A stretch of DNA of 64,000 bases from a virus: IMG/VR virus record IMGVR_UViG_3300030419_004148, positions 1 to 64,000 of that record; one strand, given 5' to 3'. Under the pieces are notes generated by a model. The model was not told the origin of the DNA. It worked only from the letters and a program-made list of their open reading frames with translations, and did not search any database. The position numbers and the translations under genes are program-made. The number at the start of each line of letters is the position of its first letter. The first letter of the stretch is position 1. Shown here piece by piece: positions 1 to 7,926 of this stretch.

Positions 1-360
1 GTCCCCCCGCCGATGTGCTGCGTAGGGAGAAAACCGCTGCGTCAGGAGATTGTGCTCTCTTTTGCGGGGTGAATGGTTTGCTGCAGCAAAGTGAGATTGC
101 CGTGCTGCGTCAGCTTGGAGTGCTGCGTTCGCGCTGTTCTGCTGGCATTACGCTGAGATGCCGTCTGCGCGCTGTTATGCTGGCATTGTGCTGTTGTGCT
201 GGCATTGTGCTGTTATGCCGCGACCTATTTTTTTTTGCTCTGCTAAGGATGCTGCGTCAGTCTACTGTAAAGCGCGGTGAGAAACTGTATGCTTCAGCAA
301 AATCGGGCAGCAATAGTCTGTGCTCCCCCGTGAGAAACTGTGCTGCCAAACTAGAATGAT
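1..360. repeat. GC-rich, low-complexity left-end region with TGCTG-based repeats (possible genome terminus)
   Basis: TGCTGGCATTGTGCTGTT occurs at 178-195 and 197-214, GCTGCGTCAG three times and TGCTG more than 10 times; GC is much higher than the rest of the window. Confidence 0.6.
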
Positions 361-404
361 AACAATGTGTGTGCGTTTGCTCTTATTCCAAAGGCATACG
401 TCAG

Positions 405-540
405 AGTGTATATTATAGCTCTATATAGTATAATAGCTCTATAGGGTATTACTATATAGCACTTCTTCTTTTTATTGCTCTATAGGGCTTAGATATAATA
501 TAAGCTTATAATATGCTGTAATGCCTATCGTATAGCATAA
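405..540. other. AT-rich non-coding tract with short repeats (candidate origin or packaging region)
   Basis: TATA-rich, GCTCTATAGGG twice, ATAGCTCTATA twice, no ORF; function inferred. Confidence 0.35.
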
Positions 541-552
541 GAAGCAAACGTA

Positions 553-609
553 GAGCACCCGCGATTTTTTATGCTGGCACGAGGCTTTATATATTCACGG
601 CGTGTTGTA
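553..609 (+). promoter_or_regulatory. Early archaeal promoter, copy 1
   Basis: TTTATATA box inside GAGCAC..ATGCTGGcACGAGGcTTTATATATTCA..TTGTA; near-identical copy at 2553-2607. Confidence 0.75.
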
Positions 610-653
610 GATTTACATTTGCTGGTTATTTATAACTAGCAAGGAGCAATGAA

Positions 654-1010
654 ATGGAGAACGAAGCAATAGACATAAATGCGCTGTCTGATAAAATGCT
701 AGATGCCTTAGAAGCAGCATTGAAATCAAAAACAGCAAAGCAGACGCCGTCTACTGTTCGCCGCAGAAGGCCTAGAAAAGCATACGAACAACTTACGCCG
801 CATCCAACAAACGTATTGGCTGCGATAAAGTTCGAACGTGAGCAGGGCAATAAAAATGCTGTGACGGACGGATATGAACGAGCAAGGAAAGAAATGATAG
901 AGCAAAGGATGGAAACAGAGCAAAACTACCGCCGCCTCTATAAGAATATCGCCGAAGGAAGAATCCGTGGCGGCAATATGCGATTAGCACGCAGCGAGGT
1001 GTTAGATTGA
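654..1010 (+). CDS. hypothetical early protein
   Basis: First ORF after the promoter, AAGGAG RBS. Confidence 0.7.
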   Translation: MENEAIDINALSDKMLDALEAALKSKTAKQTPSTVRRRRPRKAYEQLTPHPTNVLAAIKFEREQGNKNAVTDGYERARKEMIEQRMETEQNYRRLYKNIAEGRIRGGNMRLARSEVLD

Positions 1011-1306
1011 GCAGCAAAGAGTGGTTTGAAATCGGCAGTGTTGAACACGATGAAGCAACACGAATTGAAGTAGCAAAACAAAGATTAGATAGCATAATAT
1101 CTATGTTTGCTGATTCCTGTGACGATATTTGCTCTGATGACCCAGAGCAATATACTCCAAAGGTAGCAAATGTATCACAGCAGACATTTGAAAAATGCTG
1201 GCACGATGCAAGTGATGCTTGGTTGGAATTAAAGTTAGCAATAACTAGAAAGCAAAGAGAAGCGAGGGCTGTGTTAGACATTGAAAAAGCAGTATCAATG
1301 AAATGA
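1007..1306 (+). CDS. hypothetical protein
   Basis: TTGA start/stop overlap, GAGGTG RBS. Confidence 0.65.
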   Translation: MSSKEWFEIGSVEHDEATRIEVAKQRLDSIISMFADSCDDICSDDPEQYTPKVANVSQQTFEKCWHDASDAWLELKLAITRKQREARAVLDIEKAVSMK

Positions 1307-1530
1307 AGCAAAACCGAGTTAAAGACGGCAGAAAGGCACTTGAAGGGGCAGCAGAATCGATGGAACAGCTGGAAGAAATATTTGGCAGCGATTTCTCAGA
1401 GCACTTCGGTGATTTTGACGGCGGTTTGTTTAACCACTTAAAGCATCAGATTTATACTGCTCGCTTTCACTTAAACTGCTATAATACAGATAAAGAGCTG
1501 GAATCGGAGTGTGAATGCTATGAACCTTAA
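1303..1530 (+). CDS. hypothetical protein
   Basis: ATGA overlap with the upstream ORF. Confidence 0.6.
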   Translation: MKQNRVKDGRKALEGAAESMEQLEEIFGSDFSEHFGDFDGGLFNHLKHQIYTARFHLNCYNTDKELESECECYEP

Positions 1531-1879
1531 AGAACTAGCAGAATTAAAAAAGGCGCTGCAATATTTTAGAAGGCTGGAAGGGACTAAACCTTTGCTGAAT
1601 CTGTATCCAACAGACGGCAAATTACATTCAGCACTAAAAGAATGCACTGCTTTGTGGTTTGAAAAAGAAGCAGACGATGTGACCAATACAGCAATTGATG
1701 ATTTCTTAAAAGCAATGTTTACAGTTCTAGCAGAAAAGAAGCTGCAACGTAAATTTATGCTTGAAATTAAAAAACTCGGCGGAGTAGGTTATAAAAGCGG
1801 TGGAGTCCACGGCAAAAATAAATACTCTGCTGATAAGAGTCGTGTAGACGGCAAACTAATACAAAGGAAGCGAAGATAA
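1511..1879 (+). CDS. hypothetical basic protein
   Basis: Part of the coupled early operon. Confidence 0.6.
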   Translation: MNAMNLKELAELKKALQYFRRLEGTKPLLNLYPTDGKLHSALKECTALWFEKEADDVTNTAIDDFLKAMFTVLAEKKLQRKFMLEIKKLGGVGYKSGGVHGKNKYSADKSRVDGKLIQRKRR

Positions 1880-1989
1880 ATGTGCAAGCAATGTAAAAAG
1901 AAAAGAGCAAAAAATAACGAACCTAGCTATGAAGAATTAAAAAGAGCATTTCCAGATAATGCTATGATTAGATTTAAAGAGCGAAGAAA

Positions 1990-2154
1990 ATGATTAGTCG
2001 AGCAGAAATTTGGCTGAAAGAGCTAGGTGTGACGCTGACAGAGCACGCTTGTGACGAGTGCAGCACAAAGTATAAGAGCATTAATCCTGAGCCAAAGCAA
2101 AAGCTCTGCCTTGATTGCTACTTAGATTTACCAGACAGCGAGGTATTTTGTTAG
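1990..2154 (+). CDS. small CxxC-CxxC zinc-finger protein (not in ORF track)
   Basis: Hand translation MISRAEIWLKELGVTLTEHACDECSTKYKSINPEPKQKLCLDCYLDLPDSEVFC; ATGA overlap with the 37-aa ORF 1880-1993. Confidence 0.6.
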   Translation: MISRAEIWLKELGVTLTEHACDECSTKYKSINPEPKQKLCLDCYLDLPDSEVFC

Positions 2155-2464
2155 ACGGCATAGAAACACAACCGCTGAGTATAGAAGAAATACAGCTAAT
2201 TGATGTAGCTGTTGCCGTGAATAAAGCTTTAGAGCCAAACTATATGCCGTCTGTGGTAAAAGTTGGCAGCGGTCAAATGGAGAATAGCTGAGATAATGAT
2301 AGCTGAAAGAGAAGAAGTGAGCAAAGAATGTATTAAAAAGCTGGGTTTTGCGTTTGTTCCCAGCACTGCTTTCGACTCCTGTTCCAAACTTGCTTCTTCT
2401 CCAGCAAATAGAGTCGGGTTGCCGCCGGTCGCCCCGCTCTTTATGAAACCGGCACTGAGAAAAT

Positions 2465-2542
2465 CCTGCCGTAGTGTAGCCCGGCCCATCATTCCGCCGT
2501 CTTGTGGCGGAGACGCTGGTTCAAATCCAGCCGGCAGGGCCA
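2465..2542 (+). tRNA. atypical tRNA: archaeal Glu/Asp-type body, nominal anticodon CTT (Lys), encoded CCA
   Basis: Acceptor CCTGCCG/CGGCAGG, D-arm GTGTAGCCCGGCCCATCAT, anticodon stem CCGCC/GGCGG with loop GTCTTGT, T-arm GCTGG-TTCAAAT-CCAGC, G73, CCA. Confidence 0.85.
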
Positions 2543-2552
2543 TTTCTTATTC

Positions 2553-2607
2553 GAGCACTCTCGGGAGAATGCTGGAACGAGGTTTTATATATTCAGAGCA
2601 CATTGTA
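2553..2607 (+). promoter_or_regulatory. Early archaeal promoter, copy 2
   Basis: GAGCAC..ATGCTGGaACGAGGtTTTATATATTCA..TTGTA upstream of the 563-aa gene. Confidence 0.75.
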
Positions 2608-2642
2608 AAAATAAAAAAAAGCGAGGAGAAAAAAAATAGCAA

Positions 2643-4334
2643 ATGAGTGAAAATGAAGCAGTGAAATGTGATAAATGCCGTGAAGTTATAACTAACGATG
2701 AAGTGCTGTCTACTGACGAATATGAGTCATTATGTCAGGACTGCTACGATAGTTTTATCGAATGTGCCTGTTGCAGCGAAGTATATGAAAATGCTTATAC
2801 TTCTACCTGTCACGGCGACCCTATATGCCGTGATTGTTATAATGGCGGCGATGTAGGTCACTGCACATCCTGTGATGCTCAGATTATTCTTAGTCACGGC
2901 GATTATTATTATGATGACCATAGTGGTGAATACTGCTGTTCAGATACGGCAGATTGCACATACTTAGATTGGAGCTGCGAAAGTTGTGGCTGCGAGATGA
3001 CTTTTGAAGAAGCAAACACAGACCACGCAGAGCAATACTTATGTTATGACTGCTACCACAATCCATCTTCTAGCATACAGAGAATGGCAGACAGCTGGAT
3101 AGATAAAGCAGATGTTCACACTAAAAGCTGGTATAAAGATTTAGATGACGGCGCAAAATTCTTTTTAGCTGAGTTTTATAGAAGCCGTGAAGATGAATTT
3201 AAAACCAGCAATCAAATGATAAAGAAAGGTGCTTTAGGTGCTGGAAGTGACAAAGGCTGGTGGGATGGAGAAATTGAAGTGCAAAGTCCTGCGTTTGCTG
3301 ATATGGCAAAAGTCATAGCAGATATATGTTATAGTGACTTATTCTTTGTCAAGCATAAGAAATACGGCCTTTATCATCCATTTAGACATCTATTTCATCA
3401 ATGCTTGAGTTATAGAGATAGGCAAGGAAGCGACACAGTGTATTATAATAGAGTCGGCAGAGATGATGACCCTCAAATAGCATTCGAAGAAGTTTGCAGA
3501 GATTATCACCGCTGGGAATTATACGCCGTTAGACATAATAAGTTAGCAAATATGTTAGCTGAAAACAAAACTGAAGATGGAGCTAATTTAAGAAAAACAA
3601 CCAGCAATATTATGAATCGCTCTTATGCAGATAGATTTGCGCTGTTATCACAAAGAAATAACACATTAGAACAATCATACCAGCAATACTTAACAAATGC
3701 TGTAAATCAAAAATATAAAATCAAAATAGGATTTGACAGCGAAGTAATGATGGACTTAGCAGATTTTAATCAAGTCGTTGGTTCCTGTCAGGATTCAGCA
3801 AATAGAATGTCTTATGCTTTTGGATTTGCAGATATGCTAGTTAATCCTCATCTGCTTGCTTTAATATATGAAGATAATAAAATTATTGGTCGCTCTGTTA
3901 TAAGATTTTGGAAGCATAGCTGGGATGACAGCAATGAAGTAGTTAAGATTGCTCCTTCACGCCTCTATTTAAGCCGTATAACTAATGCTAAGGCTGATGT
4001 TTATGTTGCTCTATTTAAACAAGTTAATGAATGGGCAAAGACAGTTTACGGCATTGATAATTATGAAATAATCGCTTACTCAGATTCACGGCACGACAGT
4101 CCAGTATATAGCTTTATTAGAGGTCATATAACAGGAAGGGATGCCTCACAGCGATTAAATACACAAGTATGGAACACATTTTGGCACAGCAAACCATCCG
4201 ATGATTGTGCTGACTATACTTATTACAAGGATGAAATGCAAAGAGCAGTATACTTTGGACAGCGAGATGGTGATGACTATTCCTGTAAAGAAACACTGCC
4301 GAATTATGGTTATAAAACATTGGAGTTAGATTAA
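2643..4334 (+). CDS. protein with N-terminal tandem CxxC zinc ribbons and a C-terminal possible GNAT/PcfJ-like domain
   Basis: About 8 CxxC-type pairs in the first 140 aa; C-terminal SCQ...LALIY..IIGRSVIRFW...RLY...LFKQVNEWAK..YG pattern; the fold call is inference. Confidence 0.6.
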   Translation: MSENEAVKCDKCREVITNDEVLSTDEYESLCQDCYDSFIECACCSEVYENAYTSTCHGDPICRDCYNGGDVGHCTSCDAQIILSHGDYYYDDHSGEYCCSDTADCTYLDWSCESCGCEMTFEEANTDHAEQYLCYDCYHNPSSSIQRMADSWIDKADVHTKSWYKDLDDGAKFFLAEFYRSREDEFKTSNQMIKKGALGAGSDKGWWDGEIEVQSPAFADMAKVIADICYSDLFFVKHKKYGLYHPFRHLFHQCLSYRDRQGSDTVYYNRVGRDDDPQIAFEEVCRDYHRWELYAVRHNKLANMLAENKTEDGANLRKTTSNIMNRSYADRFALLSQRNNTLEQSYQQYLTNAVNQKYKIKIGFDSEVMMDLADFNQVVGSCQDSANRMSYAFGFADMLVNPHLLALIYEDNKIIGRSVIRFWKHSWDDSNEVVKIAPSRLYLSRITNAKADVYVALFKQVNEWAKTVYGIDNYEIIAYSDSRHDSPVYSFIRGHITGRDASQRLNTQVWNTFWHSKPSDDCADYTYYKDEMQRAVYFGQRDGDDYSCKETLPNYGYKTLELD

Positions 4335-5687
4335 ATGAGCGAAGAAGAACCAAAAGAAGCCATAGTTAAATCTATGAGCGAAGAAGAAATGGCAAGCAAA
4401 AGTCGTTTAACCGCCGTTTACCCCGCCCCAGCAGAACAAATGAGTGACCAGCAATTATTGTATAGGATGTTTTCAATATTCAGTCCTAGCAGCGATGAAC
4501 ACGCAATGATAGCATTTGTCACAAATTATCTCCGTGATAATGAAATAGAGCACCAAATAGATAGTGCTGGAAATATATATTTTAACAATCACGTTGAAGG
4601 AGACTGCCGGATTTTACTGAATGCACATATGGATACCGTAGCAAGTGCTGTGGCAAATGTCATTCAAGTAGAAGAGGATGGGAAAGCTGTGTTTAAATCA
4701 TCAAACAATCAAGTTATAGGTGGAGACGACAAGTGTGGTGTATTTGCTGTATTAAAATGCATCACAGATAGAACAATAACAACGCCGTTAATGGGTATGT
4801 TGAATGTGTCCGAAGAGATTGGCTTAGTCGGTAGTGACTTTGCTATGGAACATCATTCTGACCTGTTCAAAGACGTTGTGTTCTGTATAACGGTAGACCG
4901 CCGTGGCAATACTGAAATTATCACAAAAAACAGCGATGTAGACTTATGCAGTGATGATATGGAAAAAATGCTTGGTGAGTGGGGCAAAGATTATGGCCTA
5001 CGAACTGCTACAGGTTCCATATCTGACGTAAGTAATGTTGTAAAAGCATTAGAAATTAATGGTATTAATTTATTTGCTGGATATTACAATGCTCACTCTG
5101 GTAGTGAAAAAGTCGTTTATGAAGAACTGCTTGAATCAGTTAGATTTATTAAGTTTTTAGTGCCGGAATTACATAAGTATTTCAGCGATAATCCTGACAA
5201 AGTGAAATATGAACCATCAAAAAGCTGGTCCAACTATCCTCGATACGGCGGATATTACGGATATACCGAATGGGGAAGTGGATACGGCCTTAAATCATAT
5301 GGCGGCGTTAAAGTATATGAAACTGCTAACGATGTAGACCATCACGAAGCATTAGATATGTTAGATATGCTGATTGAGGAAATAGAGGACATACAGGATA
5401 ATTACTTTATGTTCGATGCATTACGGCAAGCTGAGACACGATTAAGCACATCTGGAAAATCGCTAGTTATTGAAGAGGGCTGGAATTTATTCTATACTGA
5501 AATGAAAGAATTAGATGCTCACTTACACGTTTATGACGGCGGTGTATTGAAAGGTGGAAAAGCAGAAGATGCAGTTATCTCAATAAAAGTTTTACAAGCA
5601 TTTGAAGATGCAGTTAGCGCTCGCAAAACAGCCGAGCAGTTTGATGTGACTTGGGATGACTTAGATAATGGAGGAGCGACTGACTAA
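4335..5687 (+). CDS. M28/M20-family zinc exopeptidase
   Basis: Motifs AHMDTV, GGDDKCG, EEIG, DRRG, YNAH. Confidence 0.85.
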   Translation: MSEEEPKEAIVKSMSEEEMASKSRLTAVYPAPAEQMSDQQLLYRMFSIFSPSSDEHAMIAFVTNYLRDNEIEHQIDSAGNIYFNNHVEGDCRILLNAHMDTVASAVANVIQVEEDGKAVFKSSNNQVIGGDDKCGVFAVLKCITDRTITTPLMGMLNVSEEIGLVGSDFAMEHHSDLFKDVVFCITVDRRGNTEIITKNSDVDLCSDDMEKMLGEWGKDYGLRTATGSISDVSNVVKALEINGINLFAGYYNAHSGSEKVVYEELLESVRFIKFLVPELHKYFSDNPDKVKYEPSKSWSNYPRYGGYYGYTEWGSGYGLKSYGGVKVYETANDVDHHEALDMLDMLIEEIEDIQDNYFMFDALRQAETRLSTSGKSLVIEEGWNLFYTEMKELDAHLHVYDGGVLKGGKAEDAVISIKVLQAFEDAVSARKTAEQFDVTWDDLDNGGATD

Positions 5688-6013
5688 TGCCTGCTAAAGA
5701 TAGAGACTTAATGATGTGTCCTGATTGTGATAAAGCAGGAACATTACGTCACGTTGAAGAAGATAACAACCACTTTGAATGTTATAGATGCTCTGATTGT
5801 TCTGGAGAATTCTTCCCAGATGAATTAAAGCGTATACAATATAAGACAGTGAAGTTTACGAATGATAACGGCAAAGAAATATATATACCGCTAACACCTG
5901 ACAGAATTGCTAGGTTAAAAGAAGAGGGTGTATATCAAAGAGCAGCCGAAACCAGAAGAAAGCAAACTCTGAATCGCAGAGATAAAAACTTATTACGGAG
6001 GTTAAGAAAATAG
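5687..6013 (+). CDS. zinc-ribbon protein
   Basis: CPDC...CSDC, basic C-terminus, GGAGG RBS. Confidence 0.7.
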   Translation: MPAKDRDLMMCPDCDKAGTLRHVEEDNNHFECYRCSDCSGEFFPDELKRIQYKTVKFTNDNGKEIYIPLTPDRIARLKEEGVYQRAAETRRKQTLNRRDKNLLRRLRK

Positions 6014-6048
6014 GCGGCGTCCACTCACCCCGCTATATTAACCCACAA

Positions 6049-6214
6049 CCAGCAGATAGGGAAGGAGTGCCGTTTCTTACTCCTTTTTGTTTGTTTCACC
6101 AATTTTGGACAGCAAAGAAGCGTCTGGTCGCTAGCCACGCCGTTTTTATGCTGTTGTCGGTAGTAGTTCGGTTCTTCTACCGGCACAATTTGGTGCTCCT
6201 TCCCCTGCAAATGG
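6049..6214 (+). ncRNA. structured RNA closed by a canonical bulge-helix-bulge (predicted 153-nt excised/circular RNA, 6058-6210)
   Basis: CCA-GCAG-[ATA]-GGGAAGGAGTGCC pairs with GGTGCTCCTTCCC-CTGC-[AAA]-TGG; two internal hairpins. Confidence 0.6.
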
Positions 6215-6221
6215 AGAGAAA

Positions 6222-6380
6222 ATGTATAAAAGAATGACAGTAGATTTAGCAGTAAGCGAAGGCTTTGAGAAAGCGCTCGATAAGATTTTCGAGAAGCTTG
6301 GACATATGAAAATATATAATGTTATACAGCGCCCTGATGGGAGCTATTACTTGGAGAAAATATGCAAACAGCAACAATAA
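6222..6380 (+). CDS. small hypothetical protein (52 aa, not in ORF track)
   Basis: MYKRMTVDLAVSEGFEKALDKIFEKLG...; GGAG RBS at 6213-6216. Confidence 0.55.
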   Translation: MYKRMTVDLAVSEGFEKALDKIFEKLGHMKIYNVIQRPDGSYYLEKICKQQQ

Positions 6381-7141
6381 ATGTAAAAGAATTAGAGAAA
6401 TATACTGAGCTAGACATTCAGGAGATTCTCCGTGATTGGGGTAATCGCTACATTGTTTCTCGAGCAGCACTGAGATTAGGAGCTATTGACCCTGACGATG
6501 ACAGACTTGGTAATAATAGGCCGCAAACGGTAGGTTGGGCTGCTTTATGGCATCGCAACGGCCACGATTATATCCATCGCAGCAAAGCTCAACCATTTAC
6601 GCTAAATGATAGAGGAGTTTTACACGAATATAAACCTGCAGCGGAGAGGCTATTTAAACTGCTGACTACTGAAGGTTTTAGAAAGCAAATGAAGGGAGAG
6701 ATAGTGCTATATAAATCAGGAGCTGGACAACGTGAAATATCCGGCAGTAATTATCCTATACGTTTGACTGACGGAAGATACTGCTTTTACACTGGTAATT
6801 CTCAATTAGTTGATAGATTAGCTATGTCTGATGAGAATCGCTTTACTTCTGATGAAGCTGATTTATTATTCAGATTGTGGATGAATGATAACGTAGTGCT
6901 ACCTACTTGCTTTACAAACAGTCCACGAAACTCGGTTATAAAAAACAGGGCAGAAAAGGAATTTAAGAAGCGATGTTGGAAGATTTTTATGCTACTTAAT
7001 TATTTTGATGAAGATTCTTTTGAAGAATTATTTAATAGATACAGCGACCCCGAAGTCCACCGTGCTGGATTTTTAGTTTGGCAGCGTGGGGAAATAATAA
7101 CTCGCTGGGAAGGAGGTGTTATGCCACATCCCAAGTATTAA
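6362..7141 (+). CDS. hypothetical protein
   Basis: 259-aa ORF, GGAG RBS, no recognised motif. Confidence 0.75.
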   Translation: MQTATINVKELEKYTELDIQEILRDWGNRYIVSRAALRLGAIDPDDDRLGNNRPQTVGWAALWHRNGHDYIHRSKAQPFTLNDRGVLHEYKPAAERLFKLLTTEGFRKQMKGEIVLYKSGAGQREISGSNYPIRLTDGRYCFYTGNSQLVDRLAMSDENRFTSDEADLLFRLWMNDNVVLPTCFTNSPRNSVIKNRAEKEFKKRCWKIFMLLNYFDEDSFEELFNRYSDPEVHRAGFLVWQRGEIITRWEGGVMPHPKY

Positions 7142-7149
7142 ATACTTGG
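7131..7149 (+). promoter_or_regulatory. TATA box embedded in a perfect inverted repeat
   Basis: CCAAGTATT-A-AATACTTGG. Confidence 0.6.
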
Positions 7150-7158
7150 ACAACGATA

Positions 7159-7293
7159 GTGAAAGGTAGGTAGTAGTTTTGCTTGATTGCGACAATCCTC
7201 TGTATCAATCAGGCGGCGTATGAATGATAACCAACTACTTGATTTCTATACTGCTACCTACCCACAAACCTGCTCCGGTCACCCCGCAGCAGA
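7159..7293 (+). ncRNA. structured intergenic RNA
   Basis: GGTAGGTAGTAGT/ACTGCTACCTACC terminal stem, inner GCTTGATTG/CAATCAGGC stem, 3' hairpin CTGCT..AGCAG; about 25 nt downstream of a TATA box. Confidence 0.5.
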
Positions 7294-7312
7294 AACTTAA
7301 AAGGAGACATTT

Positions 7313-7582
7313 ATGCGAGAACACGACAAAAAGATATTCGAACTGCTACTAGCAGAAATATTTAAAAATAAAATAATGCTCGAAGAGATTGAAAAAGATA
7401 TCTTCGGAGAGATGCAATACCTCGCAGATATGCCGGAAGGTATAAGAGGTGAAACAGTGGGAGATTTTGAAGAAAAAGTTGGCCGTAATAGATATAAATA
7501 CGGCCCTATCGTCTTTGATGAGACTATGTTAAGTCCTCCCGCTATAAGAGAAAACGTATTGGAGAGAAAAAAGAAAAAATGA
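7313..7582 (+). CDS. hypothetical protein
   Basis: AGGAG RBS. Confidence 0.7.
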   Translation: MREHDKKIFELLLAEIFKNKIMLEEIEKDIFGEMQYLADMPEGIRGETVGDFEEKVGRNRYKYGPIVFDETMLSPPAIRENVLERKKKK

Positions 7583-7926
7583 GCAAAGAAGAAGAGAAAC
7601 TTGCTAACGATATAGACCCAGAGGAAGTAAAAATTGTAAGCAGTAAGTTTGACGAGAAAATGTATCGTTCAGCAAAAGAAGAATTAGAAGAGAGTGGTAT
7701 TAAATTAGATATAAAGATAGACCACCGTGAAGGAGAAAATACCGGAGAAGTTGTTGTAGGCTATGCTTTGGATGAAGGAGAAGATTACAGTTTCCTTGAC
7801 CCCGAGCCATTGACTGGATATACTTTGCTGGAAGAGATTAAATTTTGTTTGTATGGTTGTCAAGCAGAATTAAAAAGATTGGAGAAACTAATAGAAACAT
7901 ACGAAGATGTCAGCAGATTACAGTGA
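7579..7926 (+). CDS. acidic hypothetical protein
   Basis: ATGA overlap with the upstream ORF. Confidence 0.7.
   Translation: MSKEEEKLANDIDPEEVKIVSSKFDEKMYRSAKEELEESGIKLDIKIDHREGENTGEVVVGYALDEGEDYSFLDPEPLTGYTLLEEIKFCLYGCQAELKRLEKLIETYEDVSRLQ

Noticed and set aside
15-359. 114-aa ORF in the left-end repeats
   Set aside because: Low-complexity Leu/Cys/Arg product generated by TGCTG repeats; no RBS; composition unlike the real genes
2543-2580. Possible HDV-like (theta) ribozyme after the tRNA
   Set aside because: Only a simple hairpin, which coincides with the conserved promoter dyad; no nested pseudoknot found
2229-2646. ORFs 2229-2543 (-) and 2263-2646 (+)
   Set aside because: Shadow frames across the tRNA and hairpins; PAGFEPA is the typical antisense translation of a T-arm
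6058-6210. C/D box guide RNA inside the BHB element
   Set aside because: No RUGAUGA or CUGA boxes
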